From: Oligoflexales bacterium | GTDB taxonomy: Bacteria > Bdellovibrionota_B > Oligoflexia > Oligoflexales > Bog-1112 | DNA: 11,123 nt | Direction of reading: 5' to 3' | NCBI GenBank assembly: GCA_045105515.1 | Contig: JBGCDR010000033.1 | Location: 1-11,123, forward strand | In this document: in pieces, positions 7,725 to 11,123 of the stretch | Layout of the letters: each line of letters opens with the position of its first letter | How positions within the stretch are numbered: position 1 is the first letter of the stretch | Made by a program: the position numbers and the translations under genes | The notes under the pieces: model-generated | The model's input: the letters and a program-made list of their open reading frames with translations, nothing else | What the model was told of the DNA's origin: nothing | The model's database searches: none

Positions 7725-7959
7725 GGTGGCCAGGATAGATATACTACTGATATTGTTGCTCAGGGGGTGCTGGTTTCTTGGTGGTAATCAGGGACAAATG
7801 GCAGGGGATCAATAGGGAGCTCCGGCACAGCATGGTGCTCCAAATCAATCTGCACCCATGACTCAAGATCCGTTTGCATCAACTAGTTTTCCGCAGAATT
7901 CACCGAGCTCTAGTCAGCCTTCTTCAAGAGCGCCTAGTTTGGATGATATTCCGTTTTGA
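7725..7959 (+). pseudogene. ssb: 3' half of a single-stranded DNA-binding protein gene
   Basis: Reads GGQDRYTTDIVAQGVL/(+1 frameshift ~7773)/FLGGNQGQMAGDQ*GAPAQ...APSLDDIPF*. This is the end of the OB fold, the G/Q/P linker and the canonical DDIPF tip. In-frame TAG at 7813-7815; the 5' half is absent. Confidence 0.9.
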
Positions 7960-7985
7960 TATTGCATTAGTATTCATATATGTCA

Positions 7986-8987
7986 TTAATCTAAGACTGA
8001 TAATATGAAATTTATTCTATTTCTATCTCTTCCTCGTACATCATCTAGATTAATGCTTCTTAATAGCATTGCACCTATGTCATTTTCTGCCGGAAAATCT
8101 CTAGTTCTATTGTGAGATATCCAGGATCCAAGAGATTCGATAAAATCTTTGTATTGATTGTGCTGTCGGACTTTCATGGTGATATAATTTGTTAGTCCCA
8201 TCAAATAAACTCTGTTCTTCGACAAAATAATATCTTCTCCCTTCGTAAGAGTGTAAAATTGGTCTCTTACTTCTTTCTTTACCCAACGTTCAAAGTCTCT
8301 TATTCGGGGTGTTTCATTGTCCTGATTAGCATTTGGAATGTTTCCTAGCTGTTGTGGAGCAAACAAAATAAATCCACCTCCCAGCTCGTCTTCATCTTGT
8401 ATCGCATATACGTTGGCTCCAAAGTTGGCCATAACTTGTCTGTAATTTATTTGAAATTGATCATATGCCAACCTTCTTACAATATTGATAGCGTGTTTAT
8501 TTGGTATTCTTTGATTTCTTAATCCTAATATAGCCGATGGAATTATTCTACGGGGCTGGTTTCCTAAAAAACTATCTATTGCACCTTCCATCAATTCGAC
8601 AATTCTAAGTTCTGTAAAAATTTGAGCTAACTTATTGTCAATAGATTCAAAACTGATCATATCTCTACTACAGTCATCAAAATCAACTTCCTGAATCATC
8701 TTATCCAAGTTAGATAGATAAAATGGACTATTAGTTCTTAAAATATTTAGTTGCTTGGAGGATATCTTAGTTAATTGACGAACTTTGCCAAAATCACTTG
8801 CTCCCAAATACTTAGATAAACCGACTAAAAATGGCTCTAAATAAAAATTGCCATATTCACCATTTTTTTCTTCAATCTGTTGATCGCCTTCGGATACTTT
8901 AATGCGCTTCATAGGAGGTTCAGAAGCACTCAACTGACTCCCAAAAAACAGAATGAATGTTAAAATAGTAGATGTTAAGAACCTCAT
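7986..8987 (-). CDS. secreted hypothetical protein (Sec signal, NLS-like and degenerate F-box-like motifs)
   Basis: AGGGAG RBS and signal peptide MRFLTSTILTFILFFGSQLSA, then PPMKRIKV and LEPFLVGLSKYLGASDFGKVRQLTK. Intact 333-aa ORF. Confidence 0.75.
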   Translation of the reverse strand: MRFLTSTILTFILFFGSQLSASEPPMKRIKVSEGDQQIEEKNGEYGNFYLEPFLVGLSKYLGASDFGKVRQLTKISSKQLNILRTNSPFYLSNLDKMIQEVDFDDCSRDMISFESIDNKLAQIFTELRIVELMEGAIDSFLGNQPRRIIPSAILGLRNQRIPNKHAINIVRRLAYDQFQINYRQVMANFGANVYAIQDEDELGGGFILFAPQQLGNIPNANQDNETPRIRDFERWVKKEVRDQFYTLTKGEDIILSKNRVYLMGLTNYITMKVRQHNQYKDFIESLGSWISHNRTRDFPAENDIGAMLLRSINLDDVRGRDRNRINFILSVLD

Positions 8988-9152
8988 TATGCTACTCCCT
9001 TCTTAAATGTTTATTTGGCATCTCACTATGCCATTGATTAATAATTACCCAAGTATCATTTGTATGATTATTAATCAATTAAATTGTAAAGATTGGTATC
9101 AATATTTTAGCTGACAATGAGGCGACTACCAGTTCCTTTAACGCCTGATATT

Positions 9153-11001
9153 TCAAAGGAAAATTGACTCCTTAATAGGAGGCTGGTTTTCCTCTGGAAT
9201 AGTATCACTATAAACATCTCCCATAGTTTCCCATCGAGATTCTGACCACTTATGCATATTCAAAATGGTATGCAGGCCTAAAATATAGACCAAGCAGTCA
9301 AGTCGCTCTAGCTGTGAGTACTTGGGAACCCACTTATATTTTTGTCTTCCCTCTGAATCCTCAACCAGTTCGCAAGCCTCACTACAAACCTGCTTGTAAT
9401 AGTCGTCTGACATGCCATGAGGGAAGCTTATATACTCGGATGGAATACCATCGGTAGTTGGTAGGTTCAGGCGAACATAGAGGTCCATCTTGATTAGGTT
9501 GACACCGACGGAATAGCGGTGCTTGCCTAGCCTTCTGGTTTTGCCATTCTCTTTGATTTCGAATTTCTTAGCTGGGAGAACCTTATCGCTCCATACACCG
9601 GTGCCTGTAACCGGAATAACCTTTTTGCGGGTAAGGGAGAAGCGCCAGACAGCATTGCTATTATGCCTGGAGGCGATAGCAATCTTGAGGATCTTAAGTT
9701 GCTTTCCGTCTAGCTTATCCCATTTGGCATTATAAACAAGGTCGTCTAGCTCATCCCATAATGGGTCATCTGCATTGTGGGTATTACCATGAGCAACATG
9801 GTGATCGATCACAAATACCTGATTCTTGATGACTCCAGCAACCGTTAGCTAAACACGGTCATGCTGAACGTCACAGCCTCCAAGTAAAACAGCAACCTCT
9901 TCGGGAACGGTGCCTCGATGGTAGAACTTTCCTTTGTCCTGCAAGGTTTTCCAATCAGGAGTTGCTATTGCTTCGAATGAAAATGGCAAACCCTTGGATT
10001 GAGAGCTTTGACTGGTTTTGCCCACAGTTTAGGTACTTCTCAAAGCTCTCAATCCAAGGGTTTGTGTAGAAAGCATTGATATGGAAGCCTGGAAACTCAC
10101 CTTTAGGATTAGTCTTTAACCACCTTCCTGGGATAGGAAATTCCTCGAAATCATCATCAAATATCTGTGAATCGCAATTTTCGCATTCAAAATGGAAAGA
10201 TTTTTTAACTTTTTCGATGTCAGCAACGAAGCCCTTCTCACCTTTTCCAAGCCAATTGAACTGCTCCCAAGCAAGGAACTGCTCATGTTCGCAGTAAGGG
10301 CAAGCAATAAAGGGTTTGCGCTGGTCTGACCTAAGCCAGTACTTATAAATAGCTGAAGTATCTTTAATGGTGGGGGTACTCGTAAGAAGCATAAACTTTC
10401 TCTGAAAACGCTTAATACGCTCCAAAAGAAGGTCAATAATGCTACCTTCAATCTGACCTGAACTTGATCTTGCTCCACGTTCAAAGCGGTCTACCTAATC
10501 ACCAAAAATGAAGGCACTCGGGAAACTGGAACCCTTATCAGCATTACTACTACCGATAAATCTCAGAAAGCCAGTAGCCCATTCTTTAAATAGAACTGTG
10601 TTGCCTGATCTTTTGCCTGGAGGGATCTTTTTTGCAAGTTCTGGGCAGTCTTGAATCATGGGTCCCAAGCGAGCTTTGGAATAATCTTTTGCTTAGGTGT
10701 CTGAAGGCAATGCAAAGGTGATTCTACCGGACAAGACACAGACTATGTACATGATAATATTGAATATTATTGCCATCTTGCCAATTTGCGTACTTGTCAT
10801 AAAGACGCAAGTTTGAACGCTTAAATCGTTGAAGACGTCTTGCATATCAATCTGATACCACCAGTGTTGCTATTTGCCGGACTCGGGGGAATCTTTTGTG
10901 TTCATATATCGGTGTTCGCTAGCGAACTCGCTGGCCGAAAAGTTTGGAGGTGGTGCAAAGACTTCTTTGAAAGCATCTCTTAATTTTTCTAGTTTGGACA
11001 A
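9153..11001 (-). pseudogene. phage terminase large subunit, lambda gpA family, inactivated
   Basis: Continuous hand translation gives PPPNFSASEFASEHR, Walker A-like STQIGK, Walker B IFGD*VD, TSTPTIK, SDQR..F..CPYC..C..C, GFHINAFY, GCDVQHDR and ERLDCLVY. Stops at 10872-10870 (TAG), 10695-10693 (TAA), 10497-10495 (TAG) and 9851-9849 (TAG), plus a frameshift at ~9993-10002. AGGAGG at 11019-11014; the exact start is uncertain (TTG 11001 or out-of-frame ATG 11008). Confidence 0.93.
9987..10064. repeat. perfect 25-bp inverted repeat with 28-nt spacer
   Basis: CAAACCCTTGGATTGAGAGCTTTGA (9987-10011) / TCAAAGCTCTCAATCCAAGGGTTTG (10040-10064). Confidence 0.95.
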
Positions 11002-11123
11002 ACCACATTTAAGCCTCCTGACTCATAGATTCAGAATAGAGACAAATTAATTCTGAAAAAAATGCTTATCCAACAACATTTTTGTAGTTTCGAACGGTTT
11101 TTTTTATAATGCATTAGCAGCAT

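Larger units (their letters stand above)
9120..11123 (-). mobile_element. decayed prophage remnant continuing past the right edge
   Basis: Terminase pseudogene, visibly more GC-rich than the AT-rich 9000-9110 flank. No portal or head genes follow it, and the boundaries are approximate. Confidence 0.7.

Noticed and set aside
7725..7766. Hydrophobic ISSISILAT as the signal peptide of the 7284-7724 ORF
   Set aside because: This stretch is simply the antisense of the ssb fragment (GGQDRYTTDI) and has no start codon of its own.
2218..10484. Short ORF-track entries 2218-2406, 3819-4016, 4253-4468, 4324-4506, 5585-5842, 6312-6509, 9523-9735, 10076-10297 and 10116-10484
   Set aside because: They are antisense or alternate-frame shadows of better-supported genes, with no recognisable motifs.
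9849..10872. Stop-codon reassignment (TAG read-through) in the phage terminase, since 3 of 4 internal stops are TAG
   Set aside because: The TAGs fall where different residues are expected (Trp in GKW; Glu in DEVD and DR.E), each one substitution from the sense codon. A TAA, a frameshift and active-site substitutions are also present, so ordinary decay explains it.
10914..10927. 14-bp palindrome GTTCGCTAGCGAAC in the terminase 5' region
   Set aside because: It is in frame with plausible coding sequence (FASE), has no associated lesion, and could occur by chance.
11009..11123. Terminase small subunit 3' end
   Set aside because: The position fits, but the frames I read are interrupted and no motif is recognisable in 115 nt.

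Overview
AT-rich bacterial accessory region. The TIGR02147/DUF4423-like gene and the lipoprotein style suggest Bdellovibrionota/Oligoflexia, but this is an inference. Intact genes: a DprE2-like SDR, a TIGR02147-like putative regulator, a lipoprotein with a C-terminal FGE-sulfatase/C-type-lectin-fold domain, a lipoprotein with a complete Ulp1/C48 (CE-clan SUMO/ubiquitin-like protease) catalytic set, and a secreted protein with an NLS-like and a degenerate F-box-like motif. Between them lie decayed pieces that the ORF track misses or splits: the last ~22 codons of a probable dprE1-like gene, a probably twice-frameshifted hypothetical gene, the 3' half of an ssb gene, a 5'-truncated ORF that resembles (from memory) an algal protein, and a nearly full-length lambda-gpA-type terminase pseudogene. 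The terminase carries 4 nonsense codons and a frameshift lying inside a perfect 25-bp inverted repeat, which looks like a template-switch scar. The most interesting hypothesis is a cluster of exported eukaryote-directed ubiquitin/SUMO-pathway effectors next to a dead prophage. All family assignments come from motif recognition only; no searches were run.
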